64,000 nucleotides of DNA from an uncultured Sphingomonas sp. (GTDB taxonomy: Bacteria > Pseudomonadota > Alphaproteobacteria > Rhizobiales > Rhizobiaceae). The notes beneath the pieces were generated by a model, which searched no databases, was not told where the DNA came from, and saw nothing but the letters and a program-made list of their open reading frames with translations. Of this stretch, positions 9,296 to 18,818 are shown piece after piece (the stretch's first letter is position 1; every line of letters starts with the position of its first letter). A program made the translations under genes and the position numbers. The DNA lies in contig CAZZZI010000002.1 of assembly GCA_964658415.1 (NCBI GenBank), forward strand, positions 2,391-66,390, written 5' to 3'.

Positions 9296-9988
9296 ATGGC
9301 AGATACAAGAGACATCAAACTCAGGGCCTACTACCAAAGCGGCGATATCTGGGAGCAGGAGATCGTCAAGCGGGCGAAACGATCGCGTTCGCTCGCCTGG
9401 TTCGTCACCACGATCTTCGCGGGCATGACAATACTGAGCCTACTGGCGCTGGTCATGCTGGTACCACTCAAAACTTTCGAGCCCTACATCGTCGAGGTCG
9501 ACAAGAATACAGGTTACATCGAGGTTAAGTCAGGGCTGACGCGGCCAACCAGCCTGACCGAACAGCAGGCCGTTACACAGGCAAACATTGTGCGCTATAT
9601 CCGTGCTCGTGAAGGGTATGACCCTTATGCAATCGAGCAGAACTTCGGCATTGCCGCCCTGCTCTCAACGGGCAAGGCCGCTTCGGACTTGCAGGATCTT
9701 TTCAGCACCGCCAATGTCAAAAACCCGGCTCGGGCCTACGGGAAGAACAAACGCGTCACCACCGAGATTGCTTCCGTGACATTGCCGAACAGCAGCACCG
9801 GCATAGTTCGCTTTGCGACCAATGAAACGTCCGACACCGAGACGATCCCACGGCACTGGATTGCTGTCGTTCGCTATCGCTACACCGACACGCCCGAGAC
9901 CAACGAATGGCGGTTCGAAAACCCTTTGGGCTTCCAAGTCTATGACTACAGACGCGATCAGGAAACTGTCACGGAGGGCAATCCATGA
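9296..9988 (+). CDS. virB8: VirB8
   Basis: LVPLKTFEPYIVEVDKNTG, YIRAREGY, ENPLGFQV. Confidence 0.95.
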   Translation: MADTRDIKLRAYYQSGDIWEQEIVKRAKRSRSLAWFVTTIFAGMTILSLLALVMLVPLKTFEPYIVEVDKNTGYIEVKSGLTRPTSLTEQQAVTQANIVRYIRAREGYDPYAIEQNFGIAALLSTGKAASDLQDLFSTANVKNPARAYGKNKRVTTEIASVTLPNSSTGIVRFATNETSDTETIPRHWIAVVRYRYTDTPETNEWRFENPLGFQVYDYRRDQETVTEGNP

Positions 9989-10800
9989 GAGCTGCGTACC
10001 TCCGTTTGGCAGTTGCGATCTCGTGGATCACGGTCTCCCAGGCCGAGGCCATGCAGACACCGGTGGCCGGCCGTCTCGATCCGCGCGTTACAAGTGTCGT
10101 CTATCAGCCCAACAATGTCGTGAAGGTCTTTGCCACTTACGGGATCTCCACCATGATCATCTTTGACGAAGACGAGAAATTCGAGACCATTGCGCTCGGT
10201 GACACCGAAAGCTGGGATGTCGTCCCGACCGACAAGGGAAATATCCTGTTCGTCAAGCCCAAGGGCAAAAACGTCACGACCAATCTCAACGTCGTCACCA
10301 ACAAGCGGATCTACTATCTCGAGCTCAACGATTTCGCACCCGAGGCGGGTAAGAAAGTGTTCGGTATCCGGTTCGTGTATCCGGAAAAGGATCTGAACGC
10401 CTCGTTGCGAAAGGAGGCGCAGGACCGTGCCGCGAACCCGAACGTTTCGGACATCGACAAGACAAACCTCAATATCGACTATTCTTTCTCCGGCGACGGT
10501 GGGCTGAAGCCGACCATGGTTTTTGACGATGGAAAGAAAACCTTCTTCAAATTTGGCTCGAAGGTGCCCGCTGTTTTTGTCGTCAACTCTGATTTCACGG
10601 AAACCCTCCGCAATTTCCGGCGCGAAGGCGAGTATATCGTCGTCGATGGCACAGCGGCCCAATATACCCTGCGTGACGGAACGACGTGGACGTGCATCTT
10701 CAATCTTAGGAAGCCTGATTTTGGTGCTCCCGACCCGGACATCATGGCCCCGATCCACGACACGAGGGCAAGCGTTCGAAAAGGGAGCGGCAACGGATGA
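9985..10800 (+). CDS. virB9: VirB9/TrbG
   Basis: DPRVTSVVY, LFVKP, TNLNVVTNKRIY, VFDDGKKTFF. Confidence 0.95.
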   Translation: MRAAYLRLAVAISWITVSQAEAMQTPVAGRLDPRVTSVVYQPNNVVKVFATYGISTMIIFDEDEKFETIALGDTESWDVVPTDKGNILFVKPKGKNVTTNLNVVTNKRIYYLELNDFAPEAGKKVFGIRFVYPEKDLNASLRKEAQDRAANPNVSDIDKTNLNIDYSFSGDGGLKPTMVFDDGKKTFFKFGSKVPAVFVVNSDFTETLRNFRREGEYIVVDGTAAQYTLRDGTTWTCIFNLRKPDFGAPDPDIMAPIHDTRASVRKGSGNG

Positions 10801-12044
10801 GGTCCGCTCCCGAACTTGAAGCCATGATGGCAGCCGATGCGACTGACGTCGAGGACAAGCGCGCCCGCAGAAAGCAATTGTTCGGCAGCGCCGCCCTGCT
10901 GCTGGGTGGTGCGGCACTTGCCTACGCGATTGTATTTGCCCCTCAAAAGCAAGCGCGCAATGTTATGAACGGCGATGAGGAATTTTCCACCACCACGTTC
11001 CGACCGCCATCGTTCCTCAGGGACCAGGACAAGCCGCCTGAAAGACAGCCGGAACCCGTCATAAAGCTTCCCGATCCGCCGCCTGCATTGAAGCCGGAAC
11101 CATCCGACACAACCCAATTCGAAGTCCCGCCGCCCCCGGAAATTGCACAGGGGGCCGCCGTCGCGACGGCCGCCGAGATGCCCAAGGTTGAGGAGTTCCC
11201 AAAGCGCTTCCTTTCCAAGCAGATCATAGTCGACACCGGCAAAGCCGAAATTGCGAACGGATCTCTCGGACCTGGTACCGAGAGCGGATCTGCGGTCGCC
11301 GGCGAAGATCGCAGCAGCAAATTCCTCGCAAGCGCGTCTACAATGGGCGACCGATCTGCAAGGGCGCGCCAGATTGCGCGTATCGATGCCACGATACCCG
11401 AGGGAACATTGATCCCGGGAATTCTAGAGACCGCCATCAACAGCGATTTGCCGGGCCAGATCCGGGCTATCGTTTCGCAGGATGTCTATTCTTTCGATGG
11501 ACGACGTGTCCTGATTCCGACCGGAACACGTTTGATCGGGGAGTATCAGTCCGACGTTACGAGAGGTCAAAAACGCATCTTTGTGGTTTGGACGCGGCTT
11601 TTGCGCGACGACGGAGTCTCGGTCAGGTTGAACAGCATCGGAACAGACAGCCTAGGCCGCTCGGGCCTGACCGGTATCGTCGACAACAAATGGCGAGAGC
11701 GCTTCGGGTCGGCTATCCTGCTGTCCATTGTCGGCGCGGGATCCAGTTATCTCACCGGCTATGGCAGCGGCCAGTATAGCAGCGGCAACAGCGAAACCAA
11801 TTCCGATCGCGCTGCGGACCTCGCCCGAGAGACGATAGCGCGCAGCTTTTCCGACATGGCCAATCAGGCCTTGGGCGAGACGGTGAAAATCCCCCCGACG
11901 ATCAACGTCGGCCAGGGTGAGCGAATCTTTGTGTATGTTCGTCAGGACCTCGACTTCTCGCAGATGTATCCGGATCCGGTCGAGGAGGCTTTGAAGGAGA
12001 TCAAGCATGAGCGAGGCATTCGCCGGACGACACAAGGACGGTAG
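10797..12044 (+). CDS. virB10: VirB10/TrbI
   Basis: TM + Pro-rich linker; GTLIPGILETAINSDLPG, DSLGRSG, IPPTI, RQDLDFS. Confidence 0.96.
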   Translation: MRSAPELEAMMAADATDVEDKRARRKQLFGSAALLLGGAALAYAIVFAPQKQARNVMNGDEEFSTTTFRPPSFLRDQDKPPERQPEPVIKLPDPPPALKPEPSDTTQFEVPPPPEIAQGAAVATAAEMPKVEEFPKRFLSKQIIVDTGKAEIANGSLGPGTESGSAVAGEDRSSKFLASASTMGDRSARARQIARIDATIPEGTLIPGILETAINSDLPGQIRAIVSQDVYSFDGRRVLIPTGTRLIGEYQSDVTRGQKRIFVVWTRLLRDDGVSVRLNSIGTDSLGRSGLTGIVDNKWRERFGSAILLSIVGAGSSYLTGYGSGQYSSGNSETNSDRAADLARETIARSFSDMANQALGETVKIPPTINVGQGERIFVYVRQDLDFSQMYPDPVEEALKEIKHERGIRRTTQGR

Positions 12045-13038
12045 CGGGCCTCTGTATTTTCTGGGGCGAGCGCTGGCGCCGATCGCGCCATTCCTGACCG
12101 ATCCCGATGTGGTGGAAATCTCCATCAACAGGCCAGGTGAGGTTTTTGTCGAGCGTCTGGGCGCTGAAATGATGGAGCGTCATCATATGTCGGAGCTTTC
12201 CGCCACCGAGATCGAACACATCGCGGAGCGCGTCGCGGGTGTCACCCATCAGTTCATCAGCCGCGCAAGTCCTCTCCTCAGCGCTACCCTGCCCACCGGC
12301 GAGCGCATTCAGATTGTCCTTCCGCCCGCAGCGCCCGACGGCGGCGCGATCTCCATTCGCAAGCAGGTGAAGAGCACCTTCACTCTGGAAGATTACCGCG
12401 ACAATGGCGGCCTGGATCGCGTCACTATTGCGCTTGGCGACGGTCATAACGATATTGCGCGAAGTCTCACACAGCGTCTTGAAGAGGGCGACGTCTACAG
12501 GTTCATCGATGACGCCGTTCGCAATCGCGTTTCCATCCTGATTAGTGGCGGGACTTCGTCCGGCAAGACCACGTTCCTCAATGCCTGCCTGAGATCAATT
12601 GACCCCCGCGAGCGCATTCTGACGTTGGAAGACACCCGGGAACTCTACCCGCCCCATTGCAATGTTGTGCATCTGCTGGCGTCCAGGGGAGATCAGGGCA
12701 CATCGCATGTTACGATCCAGAGTTTGCTTGAAGCCTCCTTGCGCATGAGACCCGATCGGTTGTTCGTCGGCGAGATCCGAGGAACAGAGGCCTTTGCATT
12801 CCTAAGAGCCATCAACACAGGCCACCCCGGCAGCATGTCGACCGTGCATGCCGATACGCCGCTCGGCGCCTACGAGCAGCTCGCCATGATGATGATGCAA
12901 GGCGGTATGTCTTCCGGCTACAGCAAGCAGGACCTCATGTCCTACATTCAGATGGTCATTCCGGTCGTCATCCAGCTACGACGGGACGGCGGCAAGCGCG
13001 GCATCTCGGAGATCCACTACGCGCGGTCGTGCCGGTGA
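12007..13038 (+). CDS. virB11: ATPase VirB11
   Basis: GGTSSGKTT, EDTREL, LRMRPDR, NTGHPGS.STVHA. Confidence 0.96.
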   Translation: MSEAFAGRHKDGSGPLYFLGRALAPIAPFLTDPDVVEISINRPGEVFVERLGAEMMERHHMSELSATEIEHIAERVAGVTHQFISRASPLLSATLPTGERIQIVLPPAAPDGGAISIRKQVKSTFTLEDYRDNGGLDRVTIALGDGHNDIARSLTQRLEEGDVYRFIDDAVRNRVSILISGGTSSGKTTFLNACLRSIDPRERILTLEDTRELYPPHCNVVHLLASRGDQGTSHVTIQSLLEASLRMRPDRLFVGEIRGTEAFAFLRAINTGHPGSMSTVHADTPLGAYEQLAMMMMQGGMSSGYSKQDLMSYIQMVIPVVIQLRRDGGKRGISEIHYARSCR

Positions 13039-15086
13039 CTCGGTCATATCAATTCATGTACCCTCTATTTTGCTTGCTAATCGCGGTGGCGGTCTGGATG
13101 ATTGCTTACGGCATGGTCTTGCAGTTCATCTTTAAGGACGGGCGCATTCTCCATCTCACGGTGTCGAGCAATCCCTTTGCTCCGTTTCAGCAGCTCTGGC
13201 ACTACCCGCGCAATCAGAGCCTCCAGATCGCGGCCTTGATCGCCCTCGTCCCGGCAGGCCTTCTGTCGACTGTCGCAGGTGTGCTTGGGCTGCGCCGCCC
13301 GATCAACCCCCTTGGCGACGCGGCATTCCAGGATTTGGCAACCCTTCGACAGGGAAAGTGGCTGCGTAACGAGGGCTTAATCGTCGGACGTCTCGGCAGA
13401 CATGTTCTTCGCAGGCAGGACGATCGCCATCATCTCGTTGTCGGCCCAACACGCTCCGGCAAGGGTGTCGGTTACGTCATTCCCAACGCTCTGACCCACA
13501 AGGGTTCCATGCTCGTGACGGATCTTAAAGGCGAGATCTACAAGCATACGGCTGGGTATCGAAAAGCCACAGGCCATCATGTATATCTGTTCTCGCCCGG
13601 ATCAGCCCGTACCCACCGCTGGAATCCACTCGACTTTGTGCGGGCAGATCGGGGCAATCGCACGATCGACATCCAGAACATCGCCAGCATTCTAATCCCC
13701 GAGACCGTTGGATCCGATAACGCGGTGTGGCAGGGGGCTGCCCAGCAGGTGATAGCAGGCATCATCAGCTATGTGCTGGAGAGCCGGCACTACAAGGGCC
13801 GGCGCACGCTTGGTGAGGTCAGCGGCATCCTGAATGCCGGTGTCGACTTGCAGGCCTTGATGAAGCTCGTTATCGAAACAGAAGAGGATTTGTCGCGATT
13901 TACGACAGACAGCTTTAACGCCTATATATCTTTGAACGAGCGCGCCGCTCGTTCAGCGCTCCTCGACATTCAAAAGGCAATGCAGCCGTTCCGAAACGAG
14001 CGTGTGATCGCGGCAACCAGTGTGACGGAAATCGACCTCGCATCGATGCATCGCAAACCTGTTACCGTCTATCTGGCACCCAATATTACGGACGTCAGCA
14101 TCCTGCGCCCGCTTCTGACCCTCTTCGTGCAACAGGTGATGGATCTCTTGACCCGCCAGCACAACCCGCTCGCTCTCCCCGTCTATTTTCTGCTCGACGA
14201 ATTCCGCCAGCTGAAGAGAATGGATGAGATCATGAACAAGCTGCCTTATGTTGCTGGCTACAACATCAGGATGGCTTTCATCATTCAGGATCTAAAGAAC
14301 CTGGATGAGATCTACGGCGAAACCGCCCGTCATTCCCTGCTTGGAAACTGTGGCCTGCAGCTTATCCTTGGCGCAAACGACCAGGCAACAGCCGACTACG
14401 CCTCGCGGGCGCTGGGGAAACGCACAATTCGCTATTATTCACAGTCGCGCACCCTCGAGCTGATGGGCCTCCCACGCCGAACCAAAGTCGAACAGATCCG
14501 TGAGAGAGATCTTATGATGCCGCAGGAAATCAGGCAAATGCCAGAGGATCGGATGATCATATTGGTGGAGGGCCAAAAACCCATCCTCGCGCAGAAGCTG
14601 AAATACTTTGACGCTGAGCCATTCCGAGGTGCCGCCGCATATTCAATAGAACATCAACCTGATGTCCCTGATGTAGCGTTTTTGCTACCACGTCCAGTTC
14701 CAGCGGCGCAAGCCACCTATGGACAAGGACATGCAGACGATCTCGGGGCTACCATCACTGCTGCTGGTCAAAGGTCGCAGAAGGCGGAACCCGCTGCAGA
14801 CATTGTCGTTGCAAAGGCAATTACCCAAACGACCCTACCCAAGGACAGCGTGCCAGCACGAGGCCTCCCGAAGCGGTCCACCAGGTCGAAGACAAAGTCG
14901 GCAGATACGCTCGAAGACGATTTGAAAGCGACGGCGAAGGCGCTTGAAACGGTAATCTCTAGAGCCACCGACCGCGGCGGTCAGACACCTTCGCAACGCC
15001 GCAGCATAGAAGAGATCCTTCGGCAGACTGTTCCGGATCCAGCCGACATCAACCCCGATCCGACGTCGGGAGTTGTTTCGAGCTAA
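13029..15086 (+). CDS. virD4: Type IV coupling protein VirD4/TraG
   Basis: N-terminal TMs, GPTRSGKG, DLKGE, WNPLD, LLDEF, IQDLKNL..IYG. Confidence 0.95.
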   Translation: MPVTRSYQFMYPLFCLLIAVAVWMIAYGMVLQFIFKDGRILHLTVSSNPFAPFQQLWHYPRNQSLQIAALIALVPAGLLSTVAGVLGLRRPINPLGDAAFQDLATLRQGKWLRNEGLIVGRLGRHVLRRQDDRHHLVVGPTRSGKGVGYVIPNALTHKGSMLVTDLKGEIYKHTAGYRKATGHHVYLFSPGSARTHRWNPLDFVRADRGNRTIDIQNIASILIPETVGSDNAVWQGAAQQVIAGIISYVLESRHYKGRRTLGEVSGILNAGVDLQALMKLVIETEEDLSRFTTDSFNAYISLNERAARSALLDIQKAMQPFRNERVIAATSVTEIDLASMHRKPVTVYLAPNITDVSILRPLLTLFVQQVMDLLTRQHNPLALPVYFLLDEFRQLKRMDEIMNKLPYVAGYNIRMAFIIQDLKNLDEIYGETARHSLLGNCGLQLILGANDQATADYASRALGKRTIRYYSQSRTLELMGLPRRTKVEQIRERDLMMPQEIRQMPEDRMIILVEGQKPILAQKLKYFDAEPFRGAAAYSIEHQPDVPDVAFLLPRPVPAAQATYGQGHADDLGATITAAGQRSQKAEPAADIVVAKAITQTTLPKDSVPARGLPKRSTRSKTKSADTLEDDLKATAKALETVISRATDRGGQTPSQRRSIEEILRQTVPDPADINPDPTSGVVSS

Positions 15087-15354
15087 GATTGAAGATGCCA
15101 ATAGAGCGTTGGTGAAGGGATCGGCCAAGGTGCAGGCTTTGGTCTTTGACGGTCCCGCCTATTTGCGTCCTCCCTTCAGGGCCCGGCAACTTACGGATCT
15201 CGGACGTCCGCAGACGCGCATTTGAACGTGGAAATCAAGCGTCGCGTGAGGATCGCGTTCGCATCCCAACTTACCCGACTACCAGATCGGGTGGTTTCTC
15301 GTTCGCGGCTGCCGCGCAATAGCTGCTATCGGCGGTCATCTGGCCATGAGCGAC

Positions 15355-15732
15355 CTAAACGATGGCTGTGCGATGCCCGAAGGGGGTATCATCGTCGAAA
15401 TCGACGGTTCCGATCAGGTCACTTTCCCCTGAAAGCTTCTGTTGCCCATCGTGGTCAGCAGCTCCAAGCCCTTCACGTTCAGCATCGCTCCCACCATGGG
15501 AATGGTGATCGGGAGATACCTCCATTTCATCATCGGCCGCACCTGAGTATCGGACCATATCTGCCTGAAGTTCCGCGTTCGCCTGCTTCAGTGCGACCTG
15601 ATCTGAATCGATAATCGACTGACGTGTGGCGACCCACTTGTTGTCAGGTTCCGATGTTATCGAAAGACTGCGGTCAACCTGGGTGGGCGACGTTGCTGAT
15701 GAACCGGTAATCGGTCTGATGGCATCGACCAT
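15355..15732 (-). CDS. Hypothetical acidic protein
   Basis: 125-aa ORF with GGAG RBS upstream; no recognisable motif. Confidence 0.55.
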   Translation of the reverse strand: MVDAIRPITGSSATSPTQVDRSLSITSEPDNKWVATRQSIIDSDQVALKQANAELQADMVRYSGAADDEMEVSPDHHSHGGSDAEREGLGAADHDGQQKLSGESDLIGTVDFDDDTPFGHRTAIV

Positions 15733-15990
15733 GGTCGGATCACTCCGTTGCGTTGCCGAGCAGCGCTCAGTCCAGCCCTATACGTATATTTGCGCCCCAC
15801 GTCCTGCAAGCAAGACCGGACAGTTGGTCGAACCGAAGTCAGCACGTCGCCGTTATGGCCGTTAGAAGATTGAGACCATGCGAAGCGACTGTCAATCTCC
15901 TTGCCTTATGAAGTTACCGAGGCTTGCCGGTCAAGGCCGAGCCGGTTAGGGGAACGACAGCGGGTCGGTCCACCTTCACTTATCTACCGA

Positions 15991-17136
15991 GTGGTTACTG
16001 CCTGACATAAGAGTCCGGTATGGGATTCCTTTTTCTGGGTTGGCATGCGAGTCTGGCGCATGCGCACAGGAATATCGTTCACCGTTTCGCCAACCGATCA
16101 CCAGCGCCTGATGGCCTTGACCAGGGATCGCAATGCGCCCCAAAAGCACGTCTGGCGGGCCGAGATCATCCTGCTGAGTGCCGATGGCGTCGGGACTGTC
16201 GAGATCATGCGCCAGACCGGCAAATCGAAGACCTGCGTATGGCGCTGGCAAGAGCGCTTCGCCACAGAAGGCGTCGAGGGTCTCTTGCGCGACAAGACGC
16301 GGCCGTCGCGTATTGTGCGGCTCGGACCCGATGTCGCCGAGCGTGTGGTGGCCCTGACGCTGGCTGATCCGCCGGGCGAGACGACGCACTGGACGGCCGA
16401 CATGATGGCGACGGCCGCCGGCATCAGCGCCAGCGCAGTCAGGCGTATCTGGAAAGCCCATGGCCTCGCGCCTCACCGGTGGCGGCAGTTCAAATTGTCC
16501 AGCGACCCGAAATTCGTCTGCAAGCTGCGAGACGTCGTCGGCCTCTATGTTGATCCGCCTGCCCACGCCATCGTGTTGTCGGTCGATGAGAAAAGCCAAA
16601 TCCAGGCGCTCGACCGCACCCAGCCGGGCCTGCCGATAAAGAAGGGTCGGCTCGGCACCATGACCCACGACTACAAGCGGCACGGCACAATCACGCTGTT
16701 TGCCGCCCTCAACGTGCTCGACGGCACCGTCATCGGCCGCAACATGCAGCGTCATCGTCATCAGGAGTTCATTCGCTTCCTCAACGCCATTAACACCCAG
16801 GTGCCGGACGACAAGGCTGTCCACGTCATTCTCGACAACTATGCTGCCCACAAGCATCCAAAGGTAAGAGCCTGGCTCGACCGTCACGAGCGTTTCACCT
16901 TCCACTTCACTCCGACCTCATGCTCATGGCTCAATGCGGTGGAGGGCTTCTTCGCCAGGCTGTCGAAGCGGCGTCTGAAACGCGGCATTTTCCATTCCGT
17001 CGTCGATCTTCAGGCCGCCATCAACCGTTTCCTCGTTGAGCACAACAAAAAGCCAAAGCCCTTCACTTGGACCGCCGATCCCGACAAAATCATCGCCGCC
17101 GTTAAACGCGGGCACCAAGCGTTAGATTCCATCCAC
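15991..17136 (+). mobile_element. IS630-family insertion sequence
   Basis: Ends GTGG...CCAC with weak IRs (GTGGTTACTGCCTGAC vs GTGGATGGAATCTAAC), each flanked by GA (15989-15990, 17137-17138); encodes a transposase. Confidence 0.85.
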
Positions 17137-17373
17137 GAGATACCGGAACTTTGGACGCTGAGACCTGTTTCTCTTTACAAGGAGACCGACATGTCGACCA
17201 ATTATCAGAACGCCTCCCCCGAGCAAAAGCGTCCCAACGATGTTTCTCCGAGACCGAATGACGAGAAGTTTGCGGATGAAGAGTCCATGGCTCCGCCGAC
17301 TGTGCAGCCAGCGGGCTCCAAAGACGAGAGCGAGCGCCCAATCGTAAATCCAGTAACGGGCGGTGCGCTCTAG
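16060..17373 (+). CDS. IS630 transposase (about 359 aa to ...ALDSIH) reading through into the downstream ORF
   Basis: HTH RWQERF; DDE residues in VDEKSQ, LDNYAAHK, WLNAVE; no stop at the element end. Confidence 0.9.
   Translation: MRTGISFTVSPTDHQRLMALTRDRNAPQKHVWRAEIILLSADGVGTVEIMRQTGKSKTCVWRWQERFATEGVEGLLRDKTRPSRIVRLGPDVAERVVALTLADPPGETTHWTADMMATAAGISASAVRRIWKAHGLAPHRWRQFKLSSDPKFVCKLRDVVGLYVDPPAHAIVLSVDEKSQIQALDRTQPGLPIKKGRLGTMTHDYKRHGTITLFAALNVLDGTVIGRNMQRHRHQEFIRFLNAINTQVPDDKAVHVILDNYAAHKHPKVRAWLDRHERFTFHFTPTSCSWLNAVEGFFARLSKRRLKRGIFHSVVDLQAAINRFLVEHNKKPKPFTWTADPDKIIAAVKRGHQALDSIHEIPELWTLRPVSLYKETDMSTNYQNASPEQKRPNDVSPRPNDEKFADEESMAPPTVQPAGSKDESERPIVNPVTGGAL
17145..17169 (+). promoter_or_regulatory. 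Candidate sigma-EcfG/RpoE2 (general stress) promoter GGAAC-N17-GTT
   Basis: GGAAC 17145-17149, GTT 17167-17169, 22 nt before the ATG at 17191. Confidence 0.55.
17191..17373 (+). CDS. Small hydrophilic protein (60 aa), likely stress-induced
   Basis: Own AAGGAG RBS and ATG; MSTNYQNASPEQKRPND...NPVTGGAL. Confidence 0.65.
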   Translation: MSTNYQNASPEQKRPNDVSPRPNDEKFADEESMAPPTVQPAGSKDESERPIVNPVTGGAL

Positions 17374-17519
17374 CACCCTTAATTAGAACACAATGAGTAA
17401 CTAATTAAAGAATGTCGGCTCGCTAGGAGCGCTGAAATGATTTTGGCGTTCGTGAAGCCGCCTTCGCCTTCAACTTTTGACCACGGATGTACTGGCAGGA
17501 CGAGTAGACGAAGATGAGG

Positions 17520-17552
17520 AAGGTCGGTGCAATTTTGCCCCGGCCTTTTTTG
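17520..17552 (+). terminator. Probable intrinsic terminator
   Basis: Imperfect stem AAGGTCGGTGCAA/TTGCCCCGGCCTT followed by a T-run. Confidence 0.5.
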
Positions 17553-17776
17553 TTTTTAGACGCATTGTAGGAGGTTGGGAACCGACCTTTAGCCGAACAT
17601 TTCGTCTCCAGTTGCCAGCCCGACGAAGGGACGTCGCAATCATGTCCCCTATTGAAGCGAAGCGGCCGTGGCCGCTATCGACCTTAACTTCACTCCTTTG
17701 CTGGCCGCGTTTCCGGAGCCATAGCCCCAAGATCAGCCGCGCGGTCACGTCTGGACGAGTTCCAATTGGTCTTTGA

Positions 17777-18343
17777 TCAGCGCACAAATTCTCCAATCCG
17801 TCCAGAGACCAGCAAGGCAGTAAGAACAGACGAGGTATGGAGCGCTTGCTCTAGAAAGCCGTCGTGGAGTTTTTTGATCAATTCTCCAACGGGCATGCGG
17901 TGAACTGTTAAACCCTCTTCACCAGCGTCGAGCAGTTGTGCTCCGCCGGGTTCCACATCAGTCGCGAGGAATGTATGTAGGCGGTTGGTGTGAGAGGCTG
18001 GATTGGGGAAAAAGGTTGCAATGAGTTCAATCTTTCCTGCCCGATAGCCTGTTTCTTCCTCAAGTTCTCGACCGGCTGCCTCGCATGGGTCAGGGTCATT
18101 AGCGTCAATACCACCACCCGGAATTTCCCAAAACACCCTACCCGCCGCATGTCTATATTGCTTCGTCAGCAGTACGTGCTCATCGGTCGTGATGGCCACG
18201 ACGTTTATCCAGTCTGAATAGGTCAACACGTAGTATGGGCTGATTTCCTGCCCGCTCGGCGTGCGACATTGATCGGCGCGAAGGTCAATCCATCGATCTT
18301 TCACCAACGTTTTTGACGCAAGAGTTGTCCAGACTTCTTCCAT
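17777..18343 (-). CDS. NUDIX hydrolase (ADP-ribose pyrophosphatase-like)
   Basis: QYRH...EIPGG, Nudix box ...AAGRELEEETGY. Confidence 0.92.
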   Translation of the reverse strand: MEEVWTTLASKTLVKDRWIDLRADQCRTPSGQEISPYYVLTYSDWINVVAITTDEHVLLTKQYRHAAGRVFWEIPGGGIDANDPDPCEAAGRELEEETGYRAGKIELIATFFPNPASHTNRLHTFLATDVEPGGAQLLDAGEEGLTVHRMPVGELIKKLHDGFLEQALHTSSVLTALLVSGRIGEFVR

Positions 18344-18544
18344 ACAAGTTATCCCTGCGATGCCTCCCGCTACACTAAGTAAATTTGGCGCTCGGGCAAT
18401 TGTGGAGAACGGCTACTACGTGACCGCTATCGGCGGACCTCTCATCATTGCACAAATGCCTTCTTTATTCAGATACATAAAGACTTCCGAGAAGATATGA
18501 TAATTTCTCCTGCATTTGCTGACCGCCAAGTCTATTCCCGAAAG

Positions 18545-18760
18545 ATGTATATGCACAATATCGCAGCCGCGCTCGCCATCGCCATCTCCTACCTGGATCG
18601 ACGTCCTTCGACCGCTAGCGAGGATGATGATATTGAGACTCTCGAAGCCATAGCCACAGAGCTTCGGCAAGCAATACCCAACGAGAAGGAGCAGTTGATG
18701 GCGGCTCTGGTTCATATCGGCAGAGCCGACCTCATTGACGGCTTGGGCTTCATGTCCTGA
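18545..18760 (+). CDS. Small hypothetical helical protein
   Basis: MYMHNIAAALAIAISYLD...LIDGLG; plausible ORF, start uncertain. Confidence 0.5.
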   Translation: MYMHNIAAALAIAISYLDRRPSTASEDDDIETLEAIATELRQAIPNEKEQLMAALVHIGRADLIDGLGFMS

Positions 18761-18818
18761 ATCCGCCCATTGCCCTCATATGATCTGGCATTTTGGCCGC
18801 CGAACTCCCGGAACGTAT

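Noticed and set aside
15976-16905. 309-aa minus-strand ORF
   Set aside because: Antisense shadow of the IS630 transposase
17483-17491. TGGCAGGAC, resembling a second T-DNA border (also TGGCAGGAA near 42524)
   Set aside because: Mismatch in the invariant CAGGATA core and no adjacent IR; 8-mer matches are expected by chance, so no T-DNA is called
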